Counted from the first letter of the stretch, positions 1-9,904 are shown. The stretch is DNA of 64,000 nucleotides from an uncultured Alphaproteobacteria bacterium (GCA_963836905.1 CAWIKY010000007.1:253364-317363); one strand, 5' to 3'. The notes: generated from the sequence alone by a model not told the origin. Numbers and translations: made by a program.

Positions 1-249
1 CAGGTTCTGGCACTGAATGGCGGGACCCACGCCAATCCGTGTTTTGCCGGGGACACGATCCACGCCTGGTCGGAGGTTCTTGAAACGGCAGTTCTGAACG
101 ACCGGGTTGGCGCGCTCCGCTTGCGCCTGGTCGCGACGAAGGACAGACCATGTGGAGATTTCCCGTTCAGGGATGGAAGCGGCAAATATCTGCCGGAAGT
201 CCTGCTCGATCTTGACTACTGGGCCGCGATCCCGAGACGGAGCACCTGA
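1..249 (+). CDS. MaoC-like hot-dog hydratase/dehydratase, C-terminal fragment (start lies upstream of window)
   Basis: Frame 1 is open from base 1 to TGA 247-249. It reads QVLALNGGTHANPCFAGDTIHAWSEVLE...LRLRLVATKDRP, a MaoC-dehydratase-type C-terminus. The stop overlaps the next ATG. Confidence 0.55.
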   Translation, partial: QVLALNGGTHANPCFAGDTIHAWSEVLETAVLNDRVGALRLRLVATKDRPCGDFPFRDGSGKYLPEVLLDLDYWAAIPRRST

Positions 250-662
250 TGCCGTTTTCTGCCGTCTTCATAGTCTCGATTGCCGTTATCCTCTCGGCGA
301 TCGTCAGCGTGATCGGAACAGGTTCGCGTAAACAGGCCGTGCGGGACGGCCGCGCCCGCTCCAGTGATCTTTGCGAGCTTACCGGCATTCTCAATCCCAA
401 AGCCTTGCAAGACGTGTTCGGACCGCCGACCCTGAACGGGCTCTACAACAAGGTCACGCTCGATGAGGTTTATGCCGCGCGGGTTCCGCTCGGTCGGCTG
501 ATCTCCGAAGACCGCGTCGACTATCTCTGCATAGGTATTGCCGCGCTTGCTCTTTTCTGGAGCCCCGGCGCTGTCGAAGTGTTTCTGGTCGCGGCTGCGG
601 CCTACCAGAGTGCGGGCTGGTTCGTTTCCGGCGGGCTTCCTCGCAAGGGCGAGCGGGGCTGA
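249..662 (+). CDS. hypothetical membrane protein
   Basis: 137-aa ORF with a hydrophobic N-terminal helix (FSAVFIVSIAVILSAIVSVIG) and a second C-terminal hydrophobic stretch. The start overlaps the upstream stop by 1 nt. Confidence 0.5.
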   Translation: MPFSAVFIVSIAVILSAIVSVIGTGSRKQAVRDGRARSSDLCELTGILNPKALQDVFGPPTLNGLYNKVTLDEVYAARVPLGRLISEDRVDYLCIGIAALALFWSPGAVEVFLVAAAAYQSAGWFVSGGLPRKGERG

Positions 663-736
663 GTGCACACAGCTGGCGTTTCGCCTGCTGGCATACGTCT
701 TGCGATGTCGTTCCCGTAACACGGGAGCTTGTACCA

Positions 737-1432
737 ATGTCTGACACCGAACACCTTCACGCCGAGGGCGCCGCATCCTGGGATATTTCAGAAGAAGTCC
801 TCGCCTTTATCGATGCCCATGTCACTGAAGGCGCGCATACGCTGGAGACGGGCGCGGGCCAGTCCACACTCGCCTTCATGGCCAAGGGCGCATGGCATCA
901 CGCCGTAACCCCCGTCGGCAGCGAAGTTGCCGCCATTCGCGGCGAAGCCAAACGCCGCGGCATCGACGACAGCAATACCGAGTTTCATGTCGGCTATTCA
1001 CAGGATGTACTTCCGGCGCTCAAGCTGGAGCGCAAACTCGATTTCGTGCTGATAGATGGCGGTCATGGCTTTCCGATCCCGGCCATCGACTGGACGTATA
1101 CCGCGCGGCATCTGGCCGTGGGTGGTATGATGATGGTGGATGATGTCGACCTCTGGAGCGGCCAGATGCTGGACCGGATGATGCGGTCCGAAAGTGCCTG
1201 GAAGCATGTGGACACCCTGCGCGGGCGCACGGTGGCCTTCGAACTGGTCAAGCCCTTCGAACTTCGCGAATGGACCAACCAGCCTTACGTCGTTGCGCAA
1301 TCACGCTGGACGCAGCGCATGCGCAAGGCGCGCAATCTGGCAGGTCTGGTTGCACGCGCCGATGTGTCGGCTATCCGCGCGAAGATCGGCAATGAGCGTC
1401 GCCTCGCCGTAGCTGCAAAGGCTGACTACTGA
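737..1432 (+). CDS. class I SAM-dependent methyltransferase (Methyltransf_24-like)
   Basis: 231 aa. Has an ETGAGQST glycine-rich SAM loop and the FVLIDGGHGFP / MMMVDDV motifs typical of O-methyltransferase-like enzymes. Confidence 0.7.
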   Translation: MSDTEHLHAEGAASWDISEEVLAFIDAHVTEGAHTLETGAGQSTLAFMAKGAWHHAVTPVGSEVAAIRGEAKRRGIDDSNTEFHVGYSQDVLPALKLERKLDFVLIDGGHGFPIPAIDWTYTARHLAVGGMMMVDDVDLWSGQMLDRMMRSESAWKHVDTLRGRTVAFELVKPFELREWTNQPYVVAQSRWTQRMRKARNLAGLVARADVSAIRAKIGNERRLAVAAKADY

Positions 1433-1483
1433 CACGAACAAGGGGGTGGGACCCGGGGGCGCAACAGGAGCGGAACGAGAGCG

Positions 1484-2098
1484 TCAGTGCGCGCCTTCGT
1501 TCCGCTCTTTTCTGTTGGCATCGGATGCGGGTTCTTCATCCGGAGTGTCGTCCTCATCTTCCGCATCGAAACCCGCGCCGGACTGCAGATGCGGCGTGGC
1601 CTGCTCGATATCCTCGCCAAGAACCGGCACGAGAAGATCGCGCCATTCTTCGCAGATCTTCTCGGTCGCAAACCCCAGCCGGAACCAGACAGCGCCGTTT
1701 TCTTCGAAAAGAAAAAGATAGGGAGCCCAGGCCGTGCGCACGGCGGCCCCCTCCGTCAGCATGGCAGCGCCGCCGGTCGCCAAGCCGAGCCTCGCATATT
1801 TGCGGTCCTCGTGCATGTTGACCATTCCAGCATACCAGCCTGCCAGCCGTGCGCGGTCGAGCCGGTGAACCGAACCGTCTTCGGCCAGTAGTGCGACATC
1901 AACGCCATCCGGTGCGACGGCAATCGCTGAACGCCCGAAAGCGGCCACCCTGTCGGGCGTAAAGCCTTCGAGTTCGGCAAACCTGACGCGCGCCTTTCCA
2001 GCCATGCCGTCAGCGTATCTCGCAGCCAGCGCCCGCAGGCCGAATACGAGACCGACGGCAGCAAGACCGGCAAAAATGAAGATGGCAATCTCAAGCAC
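1484..2098 (-). CDS. hypothetical protein with N-terminal membrane anchor and acidic C-terminal tail
   Basis: 204-aa ORF with an N-terminal TM helix (IAIFIFAGLAAVGLVFGL) and an acidic tail (DAEDEDDTPDEEPASD). I recognise no family. Confidence 0.5.
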   Translation of the reverse strand: MLEIAIFIFAGLAAVGLVFGLRALAARYADGMAGKARVRFAELEGFTPDRVAAFGRSAIAVAPDGVDVALLAEDGSVHRLDRARLAGWYAGMVNMHEDRKYARLGLATGGAAMLTEGAAVRTAWAPYLFLFEENGAVWFRLGFATEKICEEWRDLLVPVLGEDIEQATPHLQSGAGFDAEDEDDTPDEEPASDANRKERNEGAH

Positions 2099-2284
2099 GA
2101 CGACGTCTCCTCTCAGATCAGGCAGCCAGTGAACACGATGCCGACAGACTACGCATCACCGCTGGCGGGGAGAGCAGTTCGTAGCCGTCCCGTGCAAATC
2201 CGGCGGCAAGTTAACTGCAAACGGTGTTCGCCCGCGGCGTCTGGCGCTATGACGTCTCAGAAGCATACCGGAGAGCCAGAACCG

Positions 2285-3160
2285 ATGACATCCGTAAAGA
2301 CCGCCATTCTTCCCGTTGCCGGTCTCGGCACACGGGTTCTGCCCGCCACCAAATCCATGCCGAAGGAAATGCTGCCGATCATTGATCGCCCGGCCATACA
2401 GTACGTCGTGGACGAGGCGCGCGAAGCCGGCATTGAGCATTTCTGCTTCGTGACCGGTCGCAACAAGTCGGCCATCGAGGACTATTTCGATGCCGCCTAC
2501 GAACTGGAAGACCAGCTCGTCAAGAAACAGAAGACCGAGCTTCTGGACCTGTTGGAAGACCTTCGCCTGCCCCCGGGCGCCTCCAGTTTCGTCCGGCAGC
2601 AATTTCCGCAAGGGCTGGGTCACGCAGTCTGGTGCGGACGCCAGATCGCCGGAAAGGAACCTTTCGCCGTCTTGCTTCCGGACGTGATCATCAAGGCCAA
2701 GACATCGTGTCTGGCGCAAATGATCGGCGCGTATGATCAGATCGGCGGCAATATCATCGCTGTCGATCCGGTGCCGATGGAACGCGTCTCTTCCTACGGC
2801 GTCATTTCCCACAAGGGCCGCAAGGGCCGTCTGCTTGAAATGAATGGCATGGTGGAAAAGCCGGCTCAGGCCGATGCCCCGTCAAACCTGAAGATCACCG
2901 GGCGCTATATCCTGCAGCCCGAGATCTTCGCGCTTCTGGAAGACCAGGGCCCTGGTGCGGGGAACGAGATACAGCTGACCGATGCCATGGCCCGCTTAAT
3001 GAAAGTCCAACCCTTTCATGCCTATGAGTTTGAAGGCGAGGAATACGATTGCGGCTCGATTGCCGGGTATTTCGAGGCGGTTTTCGCCCATGCGCTCGAT
3101 CATCCCCAGACCCGGGAGGTGGCAAGACGTCTGGCACGAGAGGTTAGCGACAGGGAATGA
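2285..3160 (+). CDS. galU: UTP--glucose-1-phosphate uridylyltransferase
   Basis: The KTAILPVAGLGTRVLPATKSMPKEMLPI N-terminus is the canonical GalU signature. The start was moved to the ATG at 2285, which follows GGAGAG. The ORF-track start at 2129 would add a non-conserved leader. Confidence 0.9.
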   Translation: MTSVKTAILPVAGLGTRVLPATKSMPKEMLPIIDRPAIQYVVDEAREAGIEHFCFVTGRNKSAIEDYFDAAYELEDQLVKKQKTELLDLLEDLRLPPGASSFVRQQFPQGLGHAVWCGRQIAGKEPFAVLLPDVIIKAKTSCLAQMIGAYDQIGGNIIAVDPVPMERVSSYGVISHKGRKGRLLEMNGMVEKPAQADAPSNLKITGRYILQPEIFALLEDQGPGAGNEIQLTDAMARLMKVQPFHAYEFEGEEYDCGSIAGYFEAVFAHALDHPQTREVARRLAREVSDRE

Positions 3161-4254
3161 CACGTCCCGTACTGGTTCCGGCCATCATGTCAGGCGGTGC
3201 AGGCACACGCCTTTGGCCATTGTCGCGCCAGTCGAAGCCCAAACAGTTCCACCGGTTCATCGGTGAACAGGCGATGTTGCCGGAAACCCTTGCGCGGCTT
3301 GACGGCCCGCTCGCCGCAGACGTCCAGACGTCTTTGATCCTGTGCAATGAGAGACAGGAGGCCGAAGTAATCGCCTGTCTGAATGAGGCAGGGCGAAATG
3401 CACGGCTCATTCTTGAACCTGCCGCACGCAACACGGCTGCAGCCGCCGCCCTTGCCAGCCATGCAGCCCGTGCGCTGCATCCCAATGCGCTGGTGCTTCT
3501 GCTTCCTGCAGATCATCACATCGAGAACACGCCAGCCTTCACGACGGCCATTGATGCGGCCCTGCCAATGGCGGCAGACGGCCAAATCGTCACCTTCGGT
3601 ATCGAACCGACGGGCCCCGAGACGGCCTTCGGTTATGTCAAACGCGGCAAGACACTGGCGGCGGGCTTTGCGCTGGAACGTTTTGTCGAAAAGCCGGAGC
3701 GCGAGCAGGCGGAGAGCTATCTCGCGGAGGGCGGATATTACTGGAATGCCGGGATTTATCTCTTCCGGGCAGACGTTTTCCTGAAAGAGCTTGCCGCTTT
3801 CAGGCCGGACATTGCCGGACCGGTACAGGCCTCCTTCGCTGCCGGGCACGTCGAAGGCGCAAGCTTTCATCCAGATGCGTCCGCCTGGCAGGATGTGGCC
3901 TCCAATTCCATCGACTATGCGGTCGGCGAGCGGACCAGTCTTGGCGCAATCGTTCCTGTCAGCATGGGATGGTCCGATCTTGGGTCCTGGAACACGCTGC
4001 ACGATCTGGCGGTTCAGGATGCCCACGGAAATGCGCTGCAGACGCCATCAGAGCGCAGCGCCGTCATCTCGATCGATACCACGAATTGCCTTGTGCGCGC
4101 TGATGGAAACCGTCTGATCGCCCTCGCAGGCTGTGAGGATCTGGTGGTCATCGATACACCCGACGCGCTCTTCGTAGGCCATCGTGACAGGGCACAACTG
4201 GTCAAGCAGGTGGTTGAACGCCTGCGTGCCGAAGGACGCACGGATCTGTTGTAA
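3157..4254 (+). CDS. mannose-1-phosphate guanylyltransferase-type sugar nucleotidyltransferase
   Basis: 365 aa. The N-terminus PAIMSGGAGTRLWPLSRQSKPKQF and the later YWNAGIYLF and MGWSDLGSW motifs match ManC/CpsB-type NTP transferases. ATGA overlap with galU. Confidence 0.8.
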   Translation: MTRPVLVPAIMSGGAGTRLWPLSRQSKPKQFHRFIGEQAMLPETLARLDGPLAADVQTSLILCNERQEAEVIACLNEAGRNARLILEPAARNTAAAAALASHAARALHPNALVLLLPADHHIENTPAFTTAIDAALPMAADGQIVTFGIEPTGPETAFGYVKRGKTLAAGFALERFVEKPEREQAESYLAEGGYYWNAGIYLFRADVFLKELAAFRPDIAGPVQASFAAGHVEGASFHPDASAWQDVASNSIDYAVGERTSLGAIVPVSMGWSDLGSWNTLHDLAVQDAHGNALQTPSERSAVISIDTTNCLVRADGNRLIALAGCEDLVVIDTPDALFVGHRDRAQLVKQVVERLRAEGRTDLL

Positions 4255-4328
4255 CACAGGTCCTGCCTTGCCGCGGTCCGCGTTTGCTTTACCCTTTGAC
4301 CTAGGGAAACACCGGCGGGGCACTTCAC

Positions 4329-4736
4329 ATGGTCATCATGGCATCGAACCTTCTGGCAAGCCTTGCGCTGGTGTTCGGAGCCTGGATGGGCGCGCGCTCG
4401 CTGATCCAGCCGGAATGGGGCTCTAAGGTTGTCGGCCTTTCGGTAACGCCGGGAAAGCCGGAAGGAAAATCGGAGTTTCGGGGCACGCTGGGCGGCATGT
4501 TCCTGCTCGGCCATCTGGTTACGCTGATCGGTCTGTGGCGCTTCGATGCAATGGTCGCGCCGCTCATCGTCATTCCGCTTGCCGCCGGATGGTTCGGCGC
4601 GGCGTTCGGGCGGACGGTTTCCATCTTTCTGGATGACGGAACGCGCACCCGCCTCAACTGGATCTGGGTCGCTCTGGAACTGGGCATGGCAATTGCCATC
4701 GCCGCGCCGCTGATTGCGTTTGCGCGCCTGTTCTGA
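4329..4736 (+). CDS. DUF4345-like small membrane protein
   Basis: 135 aa with four predicted hydrophobic helices. Resembles the second copy at 45881-46255. Confidence 0.55.
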   Translation: MVIMASNLLASLALVFGAWMGARSLIQPEWGSKVVGLSVTPGKPEGKSEFRGTLGGMFLLGHLVTLIGLWRFDAMVAPLIVIPLAAGWFGAAFGRTVSIFLDDGTRTRLNWIWVALELGMAIAIAAPLIAFARLF

Positions 4737-4795
4737 TTGAGCCGCGGACGGGCACGTGCTAGCTGCGACCTTCTGCAAGCTGAAAGACACCCCTT

Positions 4796-5785
4796 ATGAC
4801 GGAGCGTCGAGAGACGGGCCGCACCGGCAATACGCCGCAACGCCCTTCAAGCCCTGACACCCGGAAACCCGCAAACTGGGATGACGGGGAACGGATCGCC
4901 AAATATCTTGCCCGCGCAGGTGTCGCGTCCCGCCGCGATGTCGAGCGCCTGATCGAGGACGGCCGTGTTTCGGTCAATGGCAAGACGCTGAAAACGCCGG
5001 CCTTCAAGGTGACCGGCCGCGAGCGTATCGAAGTCTCGGGTCAGCGCGTCGACCCGCCCCGCGCCGCGCGCCTGTGGCGCTATCACAAGCCTGCCGGTCT
5101 GGTGACCACGCATTCCGACCCGGAAGGCCGGGCGACGATCTTCGATCACCTGTCCAAAAGCCTGCCACGCCTGATGACCATCGGACGGCTCGATCTGACC
5201 ACTGAGGGGCTTTTGCTCCTGACCAATGACGGTGAACTTGCCCGCGCGCTGGAACTCCCCTCAACCGGGCTGGAGCGCCGCTACCGGGCCCGCGCACATG
5301 GCCGGGTCGATCAACGCGCGCTTGCCTCTCTCGCGGATGGCATAACGGTCGACGGCGTCCAGTATGCGCCGATTATCGCGACCCTTGACCGGACGACCGG
5401 CACGAACAGCTGGTTCGACGTTACGCTGACAGAGGGCAAGAACCGCGAGGTGAGGCGCGCACTCGAGGCGGTGGGTCTGCAGGTCAACCGGTTGATCCGC
5501 GTTGCCTATGGCCCCCTCGAACTGGGCGAACTGGCGTCCGGGCATCTGGATGAAATCGAGCCCGGCAAGCTGAACGCACTTTTCGGCCAGCATATCCCGG
5601 ACGACCTGAAGCCCGGTAGACCCGAGCGTCCATCGGCCAGGACGGGCGGCGGCGTGACCCGTTCCGGGCGCAAGGTTCGCGATACTGGCCGGGGCTTGTC
5701 ATCAGACGACAGTCTGGACGAGGATTTCCGCCGGAAACGTCCCGGCGGACAGGGAAGGCCCGCCCGCCCCGGCGACCGTTACTAG
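4796..5785 (+). CDS. rluB: rRNA pseudouridine synthase, RluB/RsuA family, with S4 domain and Arg/Gly-rich tail
   Basis: S4 motif RIAKYLARAGVASRRDVERLIEDGRV, catalytic GRLDLTTEGLLLLTNDG, and KNREVRR. Confidence 0.85.
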   Translation: MTERRETGRTGNTPQRPSSPDTRKPANWDDGERIAKYLARAGVASRRDVERLIEDGRVSVNGKTLKTPAFKVTGRERIEVSGQRVDPPRAARLWRYHKPAGLVTTHSDPEGRATIFDHLSKSLPRLMTIGRLDLTTEGLLLLTNDGELARALELPSTGLERRYRARAHGRVDQRALASLADGITVDGVQYAPIIATLDRTTGTNSWFDVTLTEGKNREVRRALEAVGLQVNRLIRVAYGPLELGELASGHLDEIEPGKLNALFGQHIPDDLKPGRPERPSARTGGGVTRSGRKVRDTGRGLSSDDSLDEDFRRKRPGGQGRPARPGDRY

Positions 5786-5862
5786 CCTGACCTTGCGGCA
5801 GAGATTGTGAAACGGCGGACTTCCGCGCAATATGCGTCAACGAGAAAATCAGGGAGTAAGCC

Positions 5863-7185
5863 ATGCCATTGGATCTGGTCAGTGAAACCTATGTCGAGGA
5901 CCATACTCCAAAAGAGCCGAAATACCGTCGGGCCTATGATCTGAAGCCGCCGTTTGCGCTGAACGACTCTCTCGCATTCACGGTCGGCCAGCCCTTCGAG
6001 TCCTTTGCGAAGATGCGTGAAGCGGCCCCGGTCATGTGGCATCCAGAACAGCATGCAGCCGGGTTCTGGGCGCTGACCCGCTATGACGATGTGCGCAAGG
6101 TCGAACTCGACACGCAGACATTCTCGTCGCAACGCGGCGGCATCCTGATGGGCTATGGCAAGGAAGACCAGCGCCACCCCCTTCTGCATCGCGCCTCGCT
6201 GGACACGCTGATCTGTCTTGATCAGCCCCACCACATGGCACTGCGCCGCGAGCACATGGCCTACTTCCTTCCGAACTTCGTCGCCGATCTGCGCAAGCGG
6301 GTGGAAGCCAAAGTCGATAGTCTGCTCGACGACATGGCGGCCAAGGGCCCGCAACTCGATATGGTCGAGCACTTTTCAGCAGAGCTGCCACTCTTCACCT
6401 TGTGCGAGATTCTTGGCGTACCCGACGCCGACCGTCCTAAGCTGGTGCACTGGATGCATTATCTGGAAAACGCCGGATACATGCTGCAGCGCAAGGAGCT
6501 TGGAGAGATCGAGCCCGAGGTCATCATGGACTTCCTGGCGAACGTGCAGGACATGTTCGATTATGGTCAGGCCATCCTGCAGGAACGCCGCAAGAACCCG
6601 AAGAATGATCTTCTCTCCGCGATCGCCAACGCCGAAATCGACGGCCAGCCTTTGTCGCCGGAATATCTGGACGGGTCATGGCTGCTGATCGTCTTTGCCG
6701 GCAATGACACGACCCGCAACTCGCTTTCAGGCACGATGAAATTGCTCACCGAGTTTCCGGACCAGCAGAAGATGCTCGTGGAGTCTCCGGAGAAGATCGG
6801 AAATATGGTGCATGAGGCGATCCGCATGGTCAGCCCCGTCATCTACATGCGCAGGACAGCCACAAAAGACACCGAGATCGGCGGTCAGAAGATCGGCGAA
6901 GGCGAAAAACTGGTCATGTATTACGGCGCAGCCAATCGCGATCCATCGATTTTCCCGGAACCGGACACATTCGACATCCAACGCGGCAATGCCAAGGCCC
7001 ATCTGGCGTTCGGCATGGGCCCGCACGTCTGCCTCGGCCAGCGTGTCGCGAACATGCAGCTGGAGGTCGCCTATCAGCGCATTCTGGCGCGCTTTCCAGA
7101 AGTGAAATGGACCGGTGACATCGAGATCGCACCGAACAACTTCGTACACGCCATTTCGAAACTGCAGATCGATCTCGGGTCATGA
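5863..7185 (+). CDS. cytochrome P450
   Basis: 440 aa. I-helix AGNDTTRNS, EAIRM (ExxR), heme loop HLAFGMGPHVCLGQRVA. Confidence 0.9.
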   Translation: MPLDLVSETYVEDHTPKEPKYRRAYDLKPPFALNDSLAFTVGQPFESFAKMREAAPVMWHPEQHAAGFWALTRYDDVRKVELDTQTFSSQRGGILMGYGKEDQRHPLLHRASLDTLICLDQPHHMALRREHMAYFLPNFVADLRKRVEAKVDSLLDDMAAKGPQLDMVEHFSAELPLFTLCEILGVPDADRPKLVHWMHYLENAGYMLQRKELGEIEPEVIMDFLANVQDMFDYGQAILQERRKNPKNDLLSAIANAEIDGQPLSPEYLDGSWLLIVFAGNDTTRNSLSGTMKLLTEFPDQQKMLVESPEKIGNMVHEAIRMVSPVIYMRRTATKDTEIGGQKIGEGEKLVMYYGAANRDPSIFPEPDTFDIQRGNAKAHLAFGMGPHVCLGQRVANMQLEVAYQRILARFPEVKWTGDIEIAPNNFVHAISKLQIDLGS

Positions 7186-8297
7186 CGTCCGCCCTCAAGA
7201 CCACGCTTGAAGTGGAGAAGGCAAACCTCTCCGCTACGCACATGGTGGAAAGCCCGCTTTCGCCCCTGCAAGAGGGTGAAGTGCGTTTTGCGACAGAGGC
7301 GTTTGCGCTTACCGCCAACAACATCACCTATGCGATGTTCGGCGACATGATGAAATACTGGGCGTTCTTTCCGGCCAGCGAAGACACGCGCGGTGTGATC
7401 CCGGTCTGGGGGTTTGCAACCGTCGAGGAGAGCCGCGCTGACGGCGTCGAGCCAGGCGAGCGGGTTTACGGCTATTTCCCAATGGCGACGCATCTGACGG
7501 TCGTCGCAGACGGAATACGCGACGGTAGTTTCCTGGACGGCTCTGCGCACCGTCGCGAACTGGCCGATGTCTATAACCGCTATGTCAGGGTGGCATCCGA
7601 CCCTGCCTACCGCGCCGATTACGAGTCGGCACAAATGCTGTTCCGGCCGCTTTTCATGACCGCGTTTCTGCTGGACGATCAGCTGGACGAAACCCTGTCG
7701 GACGAGGACGGTCCGATTGTCCTGTCCAGCGCCTCCAGCAAGACTGCCATCGGACTGGCCTGGCTATGGAAGAAGCGCGGACGCCGGGTTATCGGCCTGA
7801 CGTCGCCCGGCAACCGTGCCTTCACGCGCAATCTGGGCCTGTACGACAAGGTCGTGACCTATGACAGCAATGACGATGACGCGCTTGAAGGTGTCTCCGC
7901 CTATGTCGACTTCGCCGGAAACCGCAACGTCACGAAGTGCGTCCATGCTGCTGCTGGCGACACCCTGAAAGTCTCGCTGATCGTCGGCGCAACGGACTGG
8001 ACAAGCGCACTGCAAGCCGCAGCCGACCAGACCGCAACCGCGGCCGAACCCATGCCCGGCCCCGAGCCCGCTTTCTTCTTCGCGCCGGATCGGTCCGCAA
8101 AACGCGGGGACGACTGGGGCGGCAAGGTGCTTGTAGACCGTATCGCCCAGTCGCTCGTCGAGTTTTATGCGCCGGCTACCGGATGGATTACGCCGGTGAG
8201 AATTTCGGGACATGACGATCTTGCTGACAGCTACCGCAAGGTCCTGTCGAACGGTCAGCGGCCCAGCGAGGGCCTGATCGTCGACTGGTCACGTTAG
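7182..8297 (+). CDS. DUF2855 family protein (MDR/alcohol-dehydrogenase-like fold, unknown function)
   Basis: 371 aa. The N-terminal region LTANNITYAMFGDMMKYWAFFP...GVIPVWGFATV matches my recollection of DUF2855. The start overlaps the P450 stop (ATGA). Confidence 0.65.
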   Translation: MTSALKTTLEVEKANLSATHMVESPLSPLQEGEVRFATEAFALTANNITYAMFGDMMKYWAFFPASEDTRGVIPVWGFATVEESRADGVEPGERVYGYFPMATHLTVVADGIRDGSFLDGSAHRRELADVYNRYVRVASDPAYRADYESAQMLFRPLFMTAFLLDDQLDETLSDEDGPIVLSSASSKTAIGLAWLWKKRGRRVIGLTSPGNRAFTRNLGLYDKVVTYDSNDDDALEGVSAYVDFAGNRNVTKCVHAAAGDTLKVSLIVGATDWTSALQAAADQTATAAEPMPGPEPAFFFAPDRSAKRGDDWGGKVLVDRIAQSLVEFYAPATGWITPVRISGHDDLADSYRKVLSNGQRPSEGLIVDWSR

Positions 8298-8311
8298 TTG
8301 AACGGCGTGAA

Positions 8312-9001
8312 CTAACCCGAAAAAACGCACGACGTATCGGCATCGCGCATGCGGGCCTCAATTGTTGGCGCACGTTTCGACACATAAGGCCCTGGCGGAT
8401 CGACCCGCCAGGTTTGCGGGTTTGGCAGAACCGAGGCCAGCAGCGCAGCTTCGCGGCGGGTCAGGTCTGAGGCTGGTTTGCCAAACCGTGCTTGCGCTGC
8501 TGCCTCCGCTCCGAACAAGCCGTCACCCCATTCGATGGTGTTGAGATAGACGCTCATGATCCGGCGTTTGCCGAGGCTGCGTTCCAGCACAATCGTCATC
8601 CAGGCCTCGCCGCCCTTGCGGACAAATCCGCCGCCATTCCAGAAGAACACATTCTTGGCCGTCTGCTGGGAAATGGTCGAGGCTCCCCGTAGCGGCTTGC
8701 CGCGCTGGTAGTCGCGGATCACCTGATCGAGCGCGGCGAAATCGATCCCGTCATGAGTGCAGAAACGGTTATCCTCAGCCGCAATCACCCCCTGCACCAG
8801 ATAGGGAGATATCTGGTTCAATGGCACCGGATCGCGCCTGACGGTCTGGCCTTCAAGCGAACGTTGCGCCATCAGCACCGTTGCAGGCGGCTGCAGGACA
8901 TTCAACAGCGCCGCATAGACATGAACGGCGAGCACGGCGGCAAACGCGGCAGCAAGGATACGATTGGCCCAGGTCAAAGGCGAGACCCTGAATATCTTCA
9001 T
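8312..9001 (-). CDS. mtgA: monofunctional biosynthetic peptidoglycan transglycosylase
   Basis: 229 aa with a TM anchor. GT51 motifs AAEDNRFCTHDGIDF and GASTISQQTAKN. Confidence 0.9.
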   Translation of the reverse strand: MKIFRVSPLTWANRILAAAFAAVLAVHVYAALLNVLQPPATVLMAQRSLEGQTVRRDPVPLNQISPYLVQGVIAAEDNRFCTHDGIDFAALDQVIRDYQRGKPLRGASTISQQTAKNVFFWNGGGFVRKGGEAWMTIVLERSLGKRRIMSVYLNTIEWGDGLFGAEAAAQARFGKPASDLTRREAALLASVLPNPQTWRVDPPGPYVSKRAPTIEARMRDADTSCVFSG

Positions 9002-9342
9002 TCAGACGCTGCCATGTCCGCCTGCAGACGGCGGGGCAAGGCCGACCTCACCACTTCATAGCTTGCGCAAATGCGCGTAGCGCATTCGTCGTTGTTCAAG
9101 GTCTCAGCATCGAAGGCCACCCAGCCGCCACGCGGCAGATGCGGAGCCCGGACGGCTGCGCCGACCTCGATAAGCATACGTGCCGTATCCTCACTGTCAC
9201 ACTTGACCGTCAGCCGGTTCTTCGGCGGAACAAAGATCGCAAACACCTTGCCGCCAACCTTGTAGACATCGCACCCCTGCCATTGCCCCACGTGCGTTGC
9301 GGATGGAAGCGCGAGCGCAAGGGTGTGTATGGAGTCAGTCAT
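8998..9342 (-). CDS. MmcQ/YjbR family DNA-binding protein
   Basis: 114 aa. DVYKVGGKVFAIF ... TVKCD ... HLPRGGWV is the pattern typical of the YjbR family. Overlaps mtgA (4 nt) and parE (8 nt). Confidence 0.7.
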   Translation of the reverse strand: MTDSIHTLALALPSATHVGQWQGCDVYKVGGKVFAIFVPPKNRLTVKCDSEDTARMLIEVGAAVRAPHLPRGGWVAFDAETLNNDECATRICASYEVVRSALPRRLQADMAASE

Positions 9343-9652
9343 CGGTTCCAGAAGCTAAATACGAATCTATGTCCATGGCTTTGTGGGCAATTCCGATAAT
9401 TTCGATTCGGTCCGGTTTCACGAGATAGAAAATCAAGTGCGATCCCTCGGCATATGAAAACAGGCCTTCCCTCAAGACGCTTCGGTTTTTACCGAGCTCA
9501 GGATTGGCCGCGAGCCAGTTAAAGCGCGTCTCAAGACGTGCAAGATAGACTTGCCTCTGATGTGCGCCCCATACCTTGCGCGTGTGACGAGCAATTGCGA
9601 CGAGTTCCATTCTGGCTTCATGAAGCAGAACCCAGCGGCGCTCAGAGCGCAT
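9335..9652 (-). CDS. parE: type II toxin-antitoxin system ParE/RelE-family toxin
   Basis: 105 aa. ...ELVAIARHTRKVWGAHQRQVYLARLETRFNWLAANPELG...HLIFY...IEIIGIAH is the ParE pattern. GC is lower than the surroundings. Confidence 0.8.
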   Translation of the reverse strand: MRSERRWVLLHEARMELVAIARHTRKVWGAHQRQVYLARLETRFNWLAANPELGKNRSVLREGLFSYAEGSHLIFYLVKPDRIEIIGIAHKAMDIDSYLASGTDD

Positions 9653-9887
9653 CTGCTTCGGCGATCACATCATCCATGGAAAAATCATCGACAAACTGGC
9701 CTGCATCGGCAGACTTGAAGCGCGGTGCGAGATAATCCCTAAGCGCGGCGTCCTTATCGGCATAGGCCTCATAAACCTCAACGGCCCGTCGCATGACGTC
9801 TGCAGCCGAAGCATACCGCCCGGTTGCCAGTTCACGCTCGATGAAAGCGGCTTGTTCGTCGTCCAATTCCAGCGTCAACGTCGTCAT
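9642..9887 (-). CDS. parD: type II toxin-antitoxin system ParD-family antitoxin
   Basis: 81 aa starting at the ATG at 9887, preceded by AAGGAGAG. MTTLTLELDDEQAAFIERELATGRYASAADVMRRAV is a ribbon-helix-helix ParD N-terminus. 11-nt overlap with parE. Confidence 0.8.
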   Translation of the reverse strand: MTTLTLELDDEQAAFIERELATGRYASAADVMRRAVEVYEAYADKDAALRDYLAPRFKSADAGQFVDDFSMDDVIAEADAL

Positions 9888-9904
9888 GTCTGCTCTCCTT
9901 GCAC

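Noticed and set aside
2129-2284. Extended N-termini from the ORF track (galU 2129, purD 13004, ferredoxin 20651, TonB receptor 40041, gcvH 58808, gcvPB 56784, sdhB 53906, CYP153 63200, topoisomerase IB 46110, host-attachment 13691)
   Set aside because: Conserved N-terminal motifs and Shine-Dalgarno-like sequences support internal starts. The extensions are non-conserved and often overlap neighbouring features.
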